A stretch of 64,000 nucleotides of DNA from Carcharhinus longimanus (lineage: Eukaryota). This document shows positions 13,617 through 26,171 of the stretch, one piece after another. Each line of letters opens with the position of its first letter. The first letter of the stretch is position 1. The notes beneath the pieces were generated by a model, which had not been told where the DNA came from, did no database searches, and saw only the letters and a list, made by a program, of their open reading frames with translations. The translations under genes and the position numbers were made by a program. The stretch covers positions 39,514,245 through 39,578,244 of the forward strand of contig JASCQW010000148.1 in assembly GCA_030264375.1 (NCBI GenBank). Direction: 5' to 3'.

Positions 13617-13900
13617 TTTGTTTCCTGGATTGTCCATTATTATTTCCTTTTGTGTCACATCATTCCTTTTGTCATTTAATTTCTTCTGCCTCCCAACTCA
13701 TCACAGACCTTCCCTTTTGTATTCCCATGCTCTTCCCCAATCTTTTCCTTGTATCTGTACTTGCTTAAAACCTATCACGTACTTAACTTCTCCAGTACTG
13801 ATGAAAGGTCATCAAATTGAAACATTCACTTTGACCTGGTGGGTTTCCAGCATTTTCTGTTGGATTTCAGATTTCCAGCATCTGCAGCATTTTATTTTTG
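13617..13900 (+). mobile_element. Second Penelope-like terminal-repeat family (other copies ~11340-11440 -, 12750-12850, 18080-18180, 26663-26755, 33940-33995)
   Basis: Pyrimidine-rich tract, then CTGATGAAAGGTCATC..TGAAAC and the shared tail TTTCCAGCATTTTCTG..TTTCAGATTTCCAGCATC. Confidence 0.5.
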
Positions 13901-14576
13901 TAAAATAGAAAATTAATATTTCAGGTGGGTCTCAGGGGCAAGGGAAACAGATACTTTTGGATTTTCAATCTTTGAGGGACTAAGTGTTTCCTGTTAATTT
14001 GGTGATTGTATACAAATGTTGTTTGTAATGTTTCATTATCTTTCTTCTATTTTAGCAAATACCGGTATGATTGTTTAATGAAAGTGGGGTTTGAGTTCTC
14101 ACTGTTTCCACAAGCATTTCTCACTAATATCCAGACAAAATGCATCATAAGAAACCAGTGTTTTAGTTGGAACACACCTGCACATAACATGAGCAGAGTT
14201 TCATAACCAGGGAAATCATAGCCAGGTGACTGTTCCCCACACAGTGCATGCTTCCGAGTCCTATTTGACCATGACGGTGGGATTCTAAAGCCCTGGGCAA
14301 AATCCTGCCCTTGATGTTTTTCTCTCTGTTCAGTTGGAAGTTTGCTGACAGTGGTCAGCTGACATGAATTATCCAGATTTACACACAAGGAATGGTCACT
14401 TGGATAAAATACTAGAGGGTGGAATACACACATGTAACAGCATCGTGCGAATTGGAAGAGAAAATCAAAAGACAAATCACGGCAAGTCTGCTAATATTGT
14501 AGAAACAACCACAATTCAAACACAAATAAAGCGCACATTTGGATTCTGCCATTCAGTTGCTCAGTGATAAGTCTAC

Positions 14577-14740
14577 CTGAATAAACAACGTCTGTATTCC
14601 AGTAATTGAAAGCTGCAATCCAAGCCTCAAAGTCATGCGCCTTCCAGTGAGAGATCATGTCTAATGCTGATCTACAACCATCCACCGACAATAAGCTCAG
14701 GCAACCCTTTGAGTCACTGCTAACGATCTTCAGTGGCTTC
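14577..14740 (-). CDS. DPH7: DPH7 coding exon 5
   Basis: KPLKIVSSDSKGCLSLLSVDGCRSALDMISHWKAHDFEAWIAAFNYWNTDVVYSG; AAG acceptor after a polypyrimidine tract, GTAGAC donor; 164 nt keeps frame. Confidence 0.92.
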
Positions 14741-15632
14741 CTTCAGCAGAGAAGGAAAAAGACTGCAAGATTAGTGCTGTTATGTTTTGCATGTATAAGA
14801 GGAACATTCAGCTTTAAGACCAGAAAACATACATACAAGACAATAAGAATATATTTTACTAAATATTGACAAAGTGACTCTGTGAATTGACATGTTTAAA
14901 AGGTGATGGAACTGTAGAGTGGAGAAACTGATCATAAAATCTACTTTAGAACCATAGAAAAGTTACGGAGCAGAAAGAAACCATTCAGCCAATCATGTCT
15001 GTACCAGCCAAAGAAAACTAGCAGCTCATTTTAATCCTATTGTCTAAAACTACTCTTTATTGGGTGAGATTATCATGTTAATTAAAGTGATGGATGTCAA
15101 TTTTGGGACTTGAAAATTTTATGTTTGCAATCAACAAATATGATCCGATAGAGTCAAGATCGACGAGCTGCCCGAGTAATCTTCATCAAATTCAATACTG
15201 AATGGTGATGGAATGCAGTTCCTTAGCTTATTGGTTAGGCTTAGAAAGCAGGATCTGCATATTTTTAGAGAAATAAGACTGAATGGCATTTTGATCAACT
15301 TCTATAAAGTAATGAATAGAATAGATTGAATCTGCACCAACTATTTTTTCCAGTTAGATAGGTTGGGGAAATTACACAAGGGTAGGACTAGGTTGGATAA
15401 AAAGGTAGCACTTATTTTCCCAGCAACTCGTCCCTATGGAACAAGTTGCTGGTCTGCAATGAATGCTGATTCAGAGTATACCTTTTAAAGGTACTACTTG
15501 AGACAGAGATCACATCATACAATAGGCACCAAGTAATCTCAGTCATGGTCAATGTCATCTCCTGGAGTAGTTGTAACACAGTAAAAAGTCTGACAACACC
15601 AGGTTTCAGTCCAACCGATTTATTTGATAGTA

Positions 15633-15680
15633 AACTCACTAGTTTTCGGGTTAGCCCCTTCGTCAGGTGAATGGAGAGTT
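15633..15680 (-). ncRNA. Minimal type-I hammerhead ribozyme motif within a short retroelement (DPH7 intron, sense)
   Basis: - strand: UUCAC CUGACGA A GGG gcuaa CCC GAAA AC UA GUGAG; core intact, stem I UCAC/GUGA, stem III position altered; element 15579-15688 flanked by 13-bp TSD AGTAGTTGTAACA. Confidence 0.6.
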
Positions 15681-16256
15681 CTAGTAGTAGTAGTTGTAAC
15701 AGGCATCAGGATGTAGATTTTAGAGGAAATTTTCTGATTTGACTTTTCTAACTGGCCATAAGTTTTATTCACCTCTTCCTGACAGTTATATGGATCCAGG
15801 AAGGTAGGAACTATCTTAATCATGAAACATGAGCATCACAACAGTATGAGACAGGCTGACAAGTGAATCATGTATTTGTTTCCCCCCACTCACCCTACCC
15901 AATGGTTTCTGTAAATTCTTACATGTCACCCCTGACCATTCTTGTGTGCCTTCCAGCAGCCAGGTTTCACCATGTAATATTAGGAACCTGAGTTTAGTTC
16001 ACATACTAGGTCCAAGAGATTCATGGATGGGATGAAAGAGGCAACGTGAAGAAAAGCTTTTTTTAAAAATCAAACATTTAGGAATGCACTGAGTGATGGG
16101 CTAATGGAAACTGAGTCAATGCAAATCTTCAAAAGGAAATTGGATAATTTGGTGAGTGCAGACTCAATCAGTTCAATAATCTGCTTCTGCACTGCAATAT
16201 TAAATATCATAAGAACAAAACTCCACAAAAGGAAAGGAGCATGAAATAAGGCTTAC

Positions 16257-16348
16257 TGTTCTCTTCCAGTTGACCAATCCAGGGACAGAGCAAGGCAATC
16301 TGGGCCTATGCTAACACTGCACATTGATTCCAAGGAACAGCTGTTTTT
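16257..16348 (-). CDS. DPH7: DPH7 coding exon 4
   Basis: KNSCSLESMCSVSIGPDCLALSLDWSTGRE (conserved CLALSLDWSTG); CAGTAG tandem acceptor, GTAAGC donor; 92 nt. Confidence 0.92.
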
Positions 16349-16847
16349 CTACTGAAAGAAAAGATCATGAGAACTCCAAAGCGACATTGATGTGACCTAC
16401 AAATCAGCAGAAGAGGATCAAGTCGGTATTTAAAAAAACCTATGCAGGATAGAATTATTGAGTATCAACAAAGAGCACATTAGTTACATTAAAATTCACT
16501 GATTGTTTTAAATTCAATTTGTGAATACTTTTGCATAAGACCTTGACCATATTCCAGGCAGAATTTTCATTATAAATTGCACATTTAGCCATTTCTCTAT
16601 TCTAAATCACTGATAATTACTTCACTTCTATTTTCCCACAATTGGAACAGTGTGTGGAGCACTGCAGATACAAGCCACATCTCTACACTGATATTAGAAA
16701 TAAGAACTTCAATTCAGTTGAGGTATTATTTTAAATGCATTGTGATATAAATAACAACATTACAGGGACAGAATATAAATAATGTACAGGTGATCAGCAT
16801 CTCAAACATTTTCCTTAATAATCCCATAGAAAACGGAATCCACATAC

Positions 16848-16935
16848 CTCACAAGGTGTCAGATTACATAGCTCCAGATTTCCCTCAGCATTTGCGATGG
16901 CGAGTACTGGATGCCCTGCCACTGGTACATGACAC
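16848..16935 (-). CDS. DPH7: DPH7 coding exon 3
   Basis: (W)CHVPVAGHPVLAIANAEGNLELCNLTPCE; ttgcag acceptor, GTATGT donor; 88 nt. Confidence 0.93.
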
Positions 16936-17153
16936 CTGCAAATTAGTTTAGATTATACTCCAAATATTTCACCAGAGAATAAACCAGTCAAAGTTAAGTT
17001 TAACCTAAATTCCAGACATTTAAGAATAATGCATCCTCAAATGATAGGTTCACATCACAGTACAGCAGATCATAAAAGATTCCAGGTCAGGTCTGCAATC
17101 TCTGCTGAGTTATGTACCAACACAATCTCTCCTGTAAGCCAATACTTAACTTT

Positions 17154-17400
17154 TCAAGATGGCGCCAGAGCAATACTACTTCTTTTAAGCTGTGCCCAGC
17201 ATACCTTGTAATTCTATCTTTTTATTCTCGTTCTATGCTTCTAAAACTTCTTCCTCTCTACACCCTAGCTATGACTATAACACTACATTCTGCAACCTTT
17301 CCTTTCCTTCCCTTCCCTATGAACCATATGCTTTGTCTGTGTAGCGTGCAAGAACAATACTTTTCACTGTATACCAATACATGTGACAATAATAAATAAA
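17154..17400 (+). mobile_element. Short non-LTR element (Rex1-like ends); related 3' end at ~28910-29130
   Basis: CAAGATGGCGCC start; shared tail CCCTAGCTATGACT..AGCGTGCAAGAA..TTCACTGTA..ATACATGT.ACAATAATAAAT. Confidence 0.55.
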
Positions 17401-17479
17401 ATTACCACCAGACTGGGAAGGCTGGAGCCATGTTTCATGCTCCAACTTCCATTCCCTAGCTACCAATTCCATCCTTGAC

Positions 17480-18070
17480 ATGGCAACTATTCAAGGCTCA
17501 ACCAGGCACAGCCTTGGTGTCATATGTGACTCAGATGAACTTACGACTTAATATTCATGCTGTCTATTTCCACGTTCGTAACATCATCTTACTTTACCTC
17601 TGTCTCAGCTTATCTGCTGAAACCCTCATTCACGCACGTGTTACCTCTGGACTTAATTATTAAAATATATTCCCGGCTGGCTATCCGCATTTTAATCCTA
17701 TGAACTTAAGGTCATTCAAACTCTGCTATTCATGTCCTTAATGCACCATGTCCAGTTTGTCCTGTGCCTACACTGAGGCATTGCTTGACTGGGTGCCAAC
17801 TTTAGAATTCTCATATGTTTTCAAATCCCTCCATGGCTTTGCTTTCATCTCCCTCTAAGGCTCTCCAGTCCACAACCCTCCAGGATATCTGCACTCAATT
17901 CTCAACTCTGACAACCCCCAATTTTTATTTCACCACTATTGATGATCGTGTCTTCAGCTACCCGGGCCCCAAGATTGGAATTCCCTCTCTAGAACTCTCT
18001 GCATCTCCATCGCTCCCTCTTTACGATGTTCCTCAAAAACCATCTCATGAACCAAGTTTTTGGCCGTCTG
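17480..18070 (+). mobile_element. L2-type LINE 3' fragment
   Basis: SAETLIHARVTSGLNY resembles the L2 motif AETLIHAFVTSRLDY. Confidence 0.6.
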
Positions 18071-19482
18071 TCCAAACAACTCTGAAGAAGCCATACAGAC
18101 TTGAAGAGTTAACTCTGTTTTTTTCTCCACAGATGCTGCCAGACTTGCTGTATTTTTCCAACATATTCTACTTTTGTGCCCAAATATCTTATTGTCTGGT
18201 CAGCATTTCAAGTGGCTTTATAACACAGACATTTTATTATGTTATGTTATACCAGTCTAAATAGTTATTCTAGTTCATCTTTACTGTCCAAAATCTAGTC
18301 AGTAACACGGTTCAGAGATCACAACAATGAATCCCACTTGTTAAGTAAACTGGATACTACAACCTCACATTTTTTCCATATCCATTTCGCTGATTTTTCA
18401 AAGGCAGGTGAGCAGTTTAATAAGGGGAAAACAGATTATAAAAGTGATTGACAGTTCACTTATTTTAAGTTAACATTTAAATTGAATATTAGCCTGGTTT
18501 ATACTCATAACATTGAAATAACTAAGTACATCACAATGCTATATATGCTTTGCTTACCCAAGACACAGATCAACATTAATTTTTCTGAGAGAATCCTCCT
18601 TCCTTCCCTGTTCCAACAGACTACATCTCCAACCTTACTTAGACTGAAATATTTACAGGATCAAGACAAACCAAAGTAATCGAAGACCAAAATTTTAATT
18701 TCACATTTTAAGTTCACAGCCCCCGGTGAACTTAAGGTCATTCAAAACTCTGCTGTTCATGCCCTTACTTGCACCATATATGCGTGGCTATATTTTGTCC
18801 AGCTAAGCTGTCAGTCAAATAGCCAACACCTGCTTAGGTGTGAACTTCCCAGATACTTCCCTTCCAACTAAACTGAGTGGATGGAAAAGTTTTCATGGCA
18901 CCACTTTAAAAGGAGAGCAAGGAAGTTATCCCAGTGTCCTGGCCAATATTTAATTCTTCAACCAACATTACAAAACAGGTTATCTGGTCATTTATCACAC
19001 TGAATTAAGAGAATTTGCTGAATGTACACCGGTGGCTGCATTTCCTATATCACAACAGTGACTACACTTCAAAAAATACTTCATTGGTTGCAATGCAAAT
19101 TGGTACATTTATATAGAGCTTTCCAAGACCACCAGAAGCAAATCCTTCCTTTCTCCTTTAATGAACTTCCCTACCACATGCTAATAAAATCCAGCTTACT
19201 CTGCTCATTTGACTCAACCTCTCAGGAAAGCATTCTGGACATTTCTTTTAATGTGCTGCAAACCAATTTGTATCTGATCCAAATCCCCATTCTTCAGAGC
19301 TTGGACAATAAGAGCTGTTTGGCCATGATGCCCTGTCTCACTGCTGAGCATCCAATTCTATTGTAATCTGTCACCCACACACCCTCCTCCAAAAGGAGTT
19401 ACTGAGATTGAAATGTTATCATTTAACCCAGAACTTTGGACCATGCTTCATGTAACACTGACGCACCATTTCTAATGCTTAC

Positions 19483-19622
19483 CATTTGAGATCTAATATT
19501 GCAGGCATTTCAATCCGCTGTACTTCTGTTAACGGAGAATAAAGCTGATCCTGATTGAAACAGTAGAGATAAAGACGGCCCTGTCTCAAATGAGGCTCGT
19601 TGCTATCAGAATCTCCGGCACC
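19483..19622 (-). CDS. DPH7: DPH7 coding exon 2
   Basis: [47 protein letters not shown]; AG acceptor and GTAAGC donor; 140 nt, phases 0/2. Confidence 0.93.
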
Positions 19623-20100
19623 CTAAAAAGTCAAAATTAAAGTCAAAAACCCTGAAGAGTCAAAAACAAGGCTGTTAAACAATAACTAATTCAAGACAGC
19701 TCTATGATGTAAAATCTTGTTTTTGAGAGAGGTATTTTCACTGCGAAAAGAATCACAGCTAAGTCTAATCCTGCCTTCGACGATCATGTCTATTGACATA
19801 TAATGCAGCAGGTCAGTGGACAGCGATCAGCATAGCTGAAATCAAATCGTTTTATTATTCTGCCCAGTTTAGGAATCATCAGGTCAACTGTGGCTTTTTT
19901 ACTGCTATCCTGCTGTGACCAGCACTGGTTGGAATTAAAATCAAAAACTTCCTAATCGATACTAATTAGTGTAACTCCTGCTTTGGTTCATTAGAAACTA
20001 GTTTCACCCTCATCCTAAAATTAGTTCAGACTCCTAGTGAAAACTAAAGAGGAACCTACTCTGCACCAACAGTGTTACCCAACAATAAATGGCACTGTAC

Positions 20101-20241
20101 CTTCTCTTTGGGATCTTTTAGTTGGTAAGTACCACACGTCAGTACATGATGCCATGTGTCTACGGGGCACCACTCTACAGCATCTGCACTATACTCTGTA
20201 TCCACCACCTGCAGGGTTCGAACCATGCATCGAGCCTCCAT
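20101..20241 (-). CDS. DPH7: DPH7 (diphthine methyltransferase / WDR85) coding exon 1
   Basis: MEARCMVRTLQVVDTEYSADAVEWCPVDTWHHVLTCGTYQLKDPKEK, like human LQTVDTELTADSVEWCP..CGTYQL; GTACAG donor at 20100; upstream acceptor ttcttcctttag ending 20299; alternative ATG at 20226. Confidence 0.9.
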
Positions 20242-21559
20242 GTCACTCAATCATTCAGTCCCAAGACCCAGTGAGATCATTCGGAAGGATTGTAGCAACT
20301 AAAGGAAGAAAGTTGACATTTAACTTCCAAGCTAGACAGGTAAAATTCATTAATATAAAAAGCCATTCTAATGATTTAGCACAAAGCCGTCCCAAATGTG
20401 AATGGCAAGTGATACAAAAGGCAGTTATTTCAAATGCTATTTCAAATAATCTGAATAATTAAAATACATACTTTATAAACAACTAATTTTAATATATTAT
20501 CAAAGTAAAGCACAGAAACAAACTATTCCATTCAACTGGTCTGTGTTCCACATGAGCCCCCTTCTCCATCCCTCTTCACCCAACCCAATCAAAATAAATT
20601 TCTATTCCTTTCTCCCCAGATCTAATTTATATCCATTAATCTAAGCATCACTGGTCAGGCAACATGAAGTCCAATCTAAAATTCATGGATTTGAATGTTT
20701 GCAAATAGCTGTTCTGAATGCTAATATCAGCAGGTTTAAAACTTCATGCATGGTTCCCTCCACTCCCCCACAAAGATCTATGTTATCTATCAAACAGCAA
20801 CAAGGAACAAAAACTGAGGAACTCTTGACAAGATTAATTTATAAGCATGGATTTTCTCAACTGAATTAACCATAAAAATTGAATCTTAAATTGGCAAATT
20901 CAAATTATATATACTATTTCATCTTTTTTGAGATTTGTTGTGCTGAAATTTAGCACTGATAAAAAGAAATCTTCCTATTTCAGCATTAAGAGTTCAGGTC
21001 AGACAAACAGCGCTGTTAGAAGAGTAAAGTAAAGCTCCCACCATTCTGCCTCAACAAGGTATTTTTCCCCCAATCATAAAACAAGCTACAGTACCAGTTT
21101 TGACACTTGATTCCTGGGGCTTTGCACTGAATGTGCATGGGGGCTGTCAAAAGACTTTAGACCAAAGTAGCCACTAAGTTGCACTGTTCTTTTTTCAACA
21201 TAATTAGCCTGAAATCAGCAGAAAAGATTCAAGTTTCAAACTTAAATTACACCCAGTGCAAATAAAGTTGTCATGTTCTTTTGAACAGTTTAAAAACCAT
21301 TGTACTGGAAGTTGGACTTCCACAAAACTGTCCTAGTTCCCAGATTAAATTAATCAGCATGGGAGTTTCTATTGATTGCATCCATTTTTGGTATTTTGAG
21401 AAAGCTCTTAAAAATTGAGAGACACTATCATCTTTTAAAAGCTAAATATTAACATTTAGTTTACTAATAGAACATTATACACCATCAAAATTATTAAACA
21501 GTTCCTTACTTTTTAATTCAGCTACTTAAAAGAAAAGACTTGCATTTCCCTTGTGCCTT

Positions 21560-22805
21560 TGTCAGGAAGCAAAATTTATATTTTTACTTTGTGGGTATTA
21601 AAAACAAGGTATAGCTTTAAGTAAGCTTAATTTTGTGTTTCTGTGCAAGAAAGGGTTAAACCTTTAGTTATCTTCATGTTAAACAAAGATACCCGCATAT
21701 CAGTGGGTTTTGGTTTCATTTCAAAGAGCATTGTAATCAAAGATTTATGACGTAAACACAAACTGTCTAAAGGAAAACTAGGCTGCTACTTAGCAGCCAG
21801 GAACTTGCACTGAAAAATATAAGCACACGTAGTTCAGTTGGAACCTAGTACCTGAGAAGAAAGCAACTCTCAGGAATCGCCAGAGGCATGGCAATGGAGT
21901 AAATGGCAGAAAGCAAGTCTCAGAAACGAAAGATCAAATAGTTCGAAAAATCAGGGAACGTAAAGGGAAATCTCAGGTATACTAAAGTTAAGGGGACAAA
22001 GATCTGAAATATAACCATGTTCACTAAAGTTTTTTTAAAAAAAAGTAGAGAGAAGCTTCCAGTTAAAGACAGAGCTGAGAAGTGCAGACCTGGTTAAGTC
22101 AGTAGCGAGTAGTCAGACACCTAAAGTAATCCAAAGGTCAGTGGCACTTTAATATAGTCAGTGAAGAAGTGTTGTTCTGGTTGGGGGTGTAGCTGGGTAT
22201 CTGATTGTCACTTGCATTCAAGCTTGTACACAATCTAGAGCAGAGGAATATTGAAAGAAGAGATTGAAATCTTGGAAATGGAAACTTGGTGAAGGCACCT
22301 GAGAAAGTATTGTTTGGGAGAAGATTCCAAGGCATGTTTCTTTAAGAGTGGAGTTTGGAAGTACAAGTGGAAGTCAGAGTTTCAGTGAGACCAGTTGGCT
22401 CATGTTGTAACAAGCATCTGGGTGGGACATGATGAGAAATCCATAGAAATTCTATTCATTGGCATGTCATTGGGTTTCACAGTGTGGTGTGTTTGACCAC
22501 AGTGGCCTGGTGGTTTACGCGGCCCGTGTGCTTACCAAGAACATTATAACATCAGATACATTTTGTAACTTGAGTTATCTGTAAAAATCTGTGTACATCC
22601 AAGAAGATATGGTGGGGTGAAGAAGTATTGTATCATAGTCAATCTTTTCATATTCAATACACATTTTATTCTTTGATTCCAAGTTAATTGGCAATCCTGT
22701 GACTCAGTTCATCCACATCCCTAAATAAAAAAAAGTTGCAGTTGATTGGGCCAAGTTTTCGTTCTGGGACCTATACATATAGCAGTATCATTTGGGATCG
22801 TAACA
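21560..22805. mobile_element. Probable solo LTR (~1.25 kb)
   Basis: TGT...GGATCGTAACA termini, imperfect 4-bp TSD (CCTT/TCTT), splits a DeuSINE-like repeat. Confidence 0.55.
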
Positions 22806-25099
22806 TCTTACATGACTTCAGGACATCCCAAAGCATTTGACAGCCAATGAAATACTTTTTGAAGTGTGGTTATTTTTTGACTGCAAGTTACTAAAATAGA
22901 CGTACTGTTTAAAAATGTTTTCCTGAGAAATGCATTTTCAGCTCTACAAGATTATAGTAAATTTGAACCAGATTATCACTTAAATATATTCACAAAATAT
23001 GATTAAATGTAAAACAAAGTTTAAAAACTGCCCGATTGCTCAGGTTCATGAAAAAGTTTACATTTGGCAATTTATAAAAGAATTGAACAGAGACTTGAAC
23101 AAAAAAACTCAAATCATTTCTGAATACTATGGTAGTGCAATTTTGAGCATAATTCACATCCAAAGCAGAAACTCTACCCTATTGTATTTAGTGTCCTCGC
23201 TTCCAACCCACAATTGGAGTACAGTTTATTTGCTCAAACACATTCCACAGAGATGATAAACACTGAAGTTACGGAAACAAAACACTTTGTTCATTCATGT
23301 TGTTAATATAGAAAAAACACAATCATTTATAGGTCAAATGTCTCTCCAAAGGAATGAGAAACGTTAATGTTAGAGTATTTAAATAGAATGTTCATGTGAA
23401 AGAATATCAAGTATATATGTTTTGCAAGTCCAAACTACCTATGGAAAAATATCAAGTTGACTTTGATGCTGGTTTACGAGCACTGTGTTCTCAGCACCTT
23501 GTTGCACGGTTGTGCAAGAGAGGAAGCTCAACAATTTTCAACTTTGTTATTTGTAACGCATTCTTGGCATCACTTGGAAGTGAAAAGTTCTCTCGCGGGC
23601 AGGCAGATCTCCCAAGTATGTTAGCACTCTGAGCAGAGGTAATGCTACTAATTCAGGCATGTTCATAAAAATGAAAGATGGACACATTCCCAAGGATTTA
23701 GCAGGAGCCAAACGGCCAGCGGATGTGCAAGAATGACATGAAGGTCCCATACATTGATTTTCACCCATGGAGACACTAACCAAAAGACAGAAATGATCAC
23801 ATTAGCTGTAGGCCAGGGTGCACCACCATGACAATCAATAACTACAACAGCTTTACAGCAGGCACTGAAAACAGCCCACAAAGACAGTTGAAAACTCTTT
23901 GGGTTTTTTCAATAAAAAAAACTGAAGACTACTGCTTGATATTTTAAGCCAAACAGGTACTTAAGTCTACAGGAGAGGGATCAGGATACTTGACATTTCT
24001 ACAATATACTAATTATCAAAGAAAAAATGTAGAAGGGCTATAAGAAATAAGCAGAGGATGCAAATAAGTGGACAGATTTTTTACAAAACAGTTCTGGTGA
24101 GATTGACCAAACAGCCTGGCCCTGTGCTGCATGATTCTATTGGATCAGCTGTGTGGGCAGACAAATAGCAAATTAAAAATAATAAAATAGTTTCCTACTC
24201 CATTGCATTTCAATTTACCTTCAGCTGCCTGAATGTGAAACAGTCCTACATAAAAGTTTTTTCATTACATGTAAAGCCTTTTATACAGTTTGAAAAGCTA
24301 TGCACAAATATACAGTCAATAAAATTTAAACAGAAAGAAACTTAGAAATGAATCAATAGATTACAAGCTTCCAGAGATTCTGTTAAGACTATTCAACGTG
24401 CAGAGTACTGGATCTTAATTTCTCATAATTGCCACAAAGGATAGTAAAATGAATTAACAACTGGTTAGAATTGAGCACACAGAGTAGGTGTCAAGGGCAA
24501 TTTCTCAGTGGTTCAAGTGTCTAGCAGTGCACATGGGATTTTATTCTGGTACTGTTTTTGCCATGTGCGTCTAGTGATGATTTGGGTATATGGCTAGGAG
24601 TGGTCTCTAGATTTACGTCTACCAAGTCCCCTTTCAGCCTTCTTTTTGCCAAGGAAAACAGACCCAACTTCTCCAATCTATCCTCAGTTACATTTCTTTA
24701 CCCCGGAATCATTTTTCTGAATCTCCTCTGTGCTCTCTCCAATGCCTTCACATCCTTCCTCCAATACGGCACCCACTATTGGATGCAATACTCCAGATGA
24801 GGACTTGTATACGTGTGGAGAATAAAAGCAACATGGACTGGCAAGTTGTAAGTAACAATATTAAGCTCCCAAGGTACACCCATGGAATTTCATTCATTTT
24901 CTAAAATTTTGACTCTTGGACAAACCATCATAACAATTAACTGAGCACTGAAAATAGGAAATTACATGTTAAAACATTAAATTGGAGGAATATTTCTTAA
25001 TTACTTGATCACTATCCATAAACTGTCATACTTTTCTCCACTTAACCAGCTCAACATTTAAACTGCATAACTCTTTACGTTGTTGTTCTTACAAAAATA

Positions 25100-26160
25100 C
25101 GATTTGAGTAATAGAAGTGTGAAAAGAAACCAATAAAGAGTGGTAACGTGGCCTGTTTAAGAGATGATACTTTGTGGCCAGATCCCATAGAGTAGAGGTA
25201 CAGGAAGCTGGGCCAATTGGGAGTGAGGATGCAAGTCCTGGAACTGGGAGAACCTCACGTGGAGTCAGGGAGAAGCGAGTAGACCTGTGCACATGGTGTC
25301 AGACACTGAGTATAAATAGTTATTACAGTTTAATAAATCCTTCTTGTTGGGGCCACACTGGGTCGCCTCCAGATGTTACACTGAACTATGTCAGTCATCA
25401 GGAGATCACAGCACACAGTTACAGGGGGAGGAATGTAATTGTCGAAGCCAAGAGAAAGATACAGACACACTTAAGATGCCTTTAATAGGAAAGATAGAGC
25501 CATTTGATCCAGATATGGAGAACTAAGGGCAATATATCGAAAGGCTACATTATATCTTTGTAGCTAACAAAATCACAAGAGGAAAAACAAATGGTGATAC
25601 CACTCACAGTCTGTGACCCAGAAATTGAGTCTGGTGAGGAGCCTAGCATCACTTGAAGCTCCAGATACAAAGTCTTTTGATCAGATAGCTGGATTGGTCA
25701 AAAATCATTTTAACCCCAGCCTTCAATCATGTTGAGGTATAATTCATTCTGCTGTGTGGGAAGACAGTCTGCAGATTCATGGCCAGACTGCGACACCTGG
25801 CAGAGAACCATGATTTTAGCCTAGGTCTGGCCAAGACACCGAGAGACCGTCCGTGGGATCAGCATACCAACAACCTCATAATACAAAATAAGCTGCTGGC
25901 TGAGACTAAAATCTCTTTGGAGAGTCCGCAGAGATGGTCCAGGCAACTGTAAGAACAGAGCAAGGCATGAACAAATTACAAGGCCTGCCCAGGGAAGTGA
26001 ATCATTTGTCAAAGGAAACTGCCACTGTGAGGAACTGCCCAAATGAGGGTGCAGCAGAGCTCAATATGGGTGGAACAGCACCAGGGATGAAAGCATGTTT
26101 TTGGGGGAGATGTGCCAATGTAAAAATTATACGTGTTTTCATTGAAAGTGAAAGGGTCAT
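25100..26160 (+). mobile_element. Degenerate Gypsy-type LTR retrotransposon (LTR 3' end plus gag remnant)
   Basis: AATAAA..GTTACA LTR-like end at 25380; ATG at 25476: MPLIGKIEPFDPDMEN*GQYIERLHYIFVANKIT, with stops and frameshifts. Confidence 0.65.
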
Positions 26161-26171
26161 TTGCATGCTTG

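Noticed and set aside
20251-20253. In-frame TGA upstream of the DPH7 ATG as possible selenocysteine or readthrough N-terminal extension
   Set aside because: No homology upstream of the ATG and no SECIS recognised; a simple uORF stop is more parsimonious.
25476-26160. Possible domesticated gag gene
   Set aside because: In-frame stop after 16 codons and further frameshifts; decayed retrotransposon.
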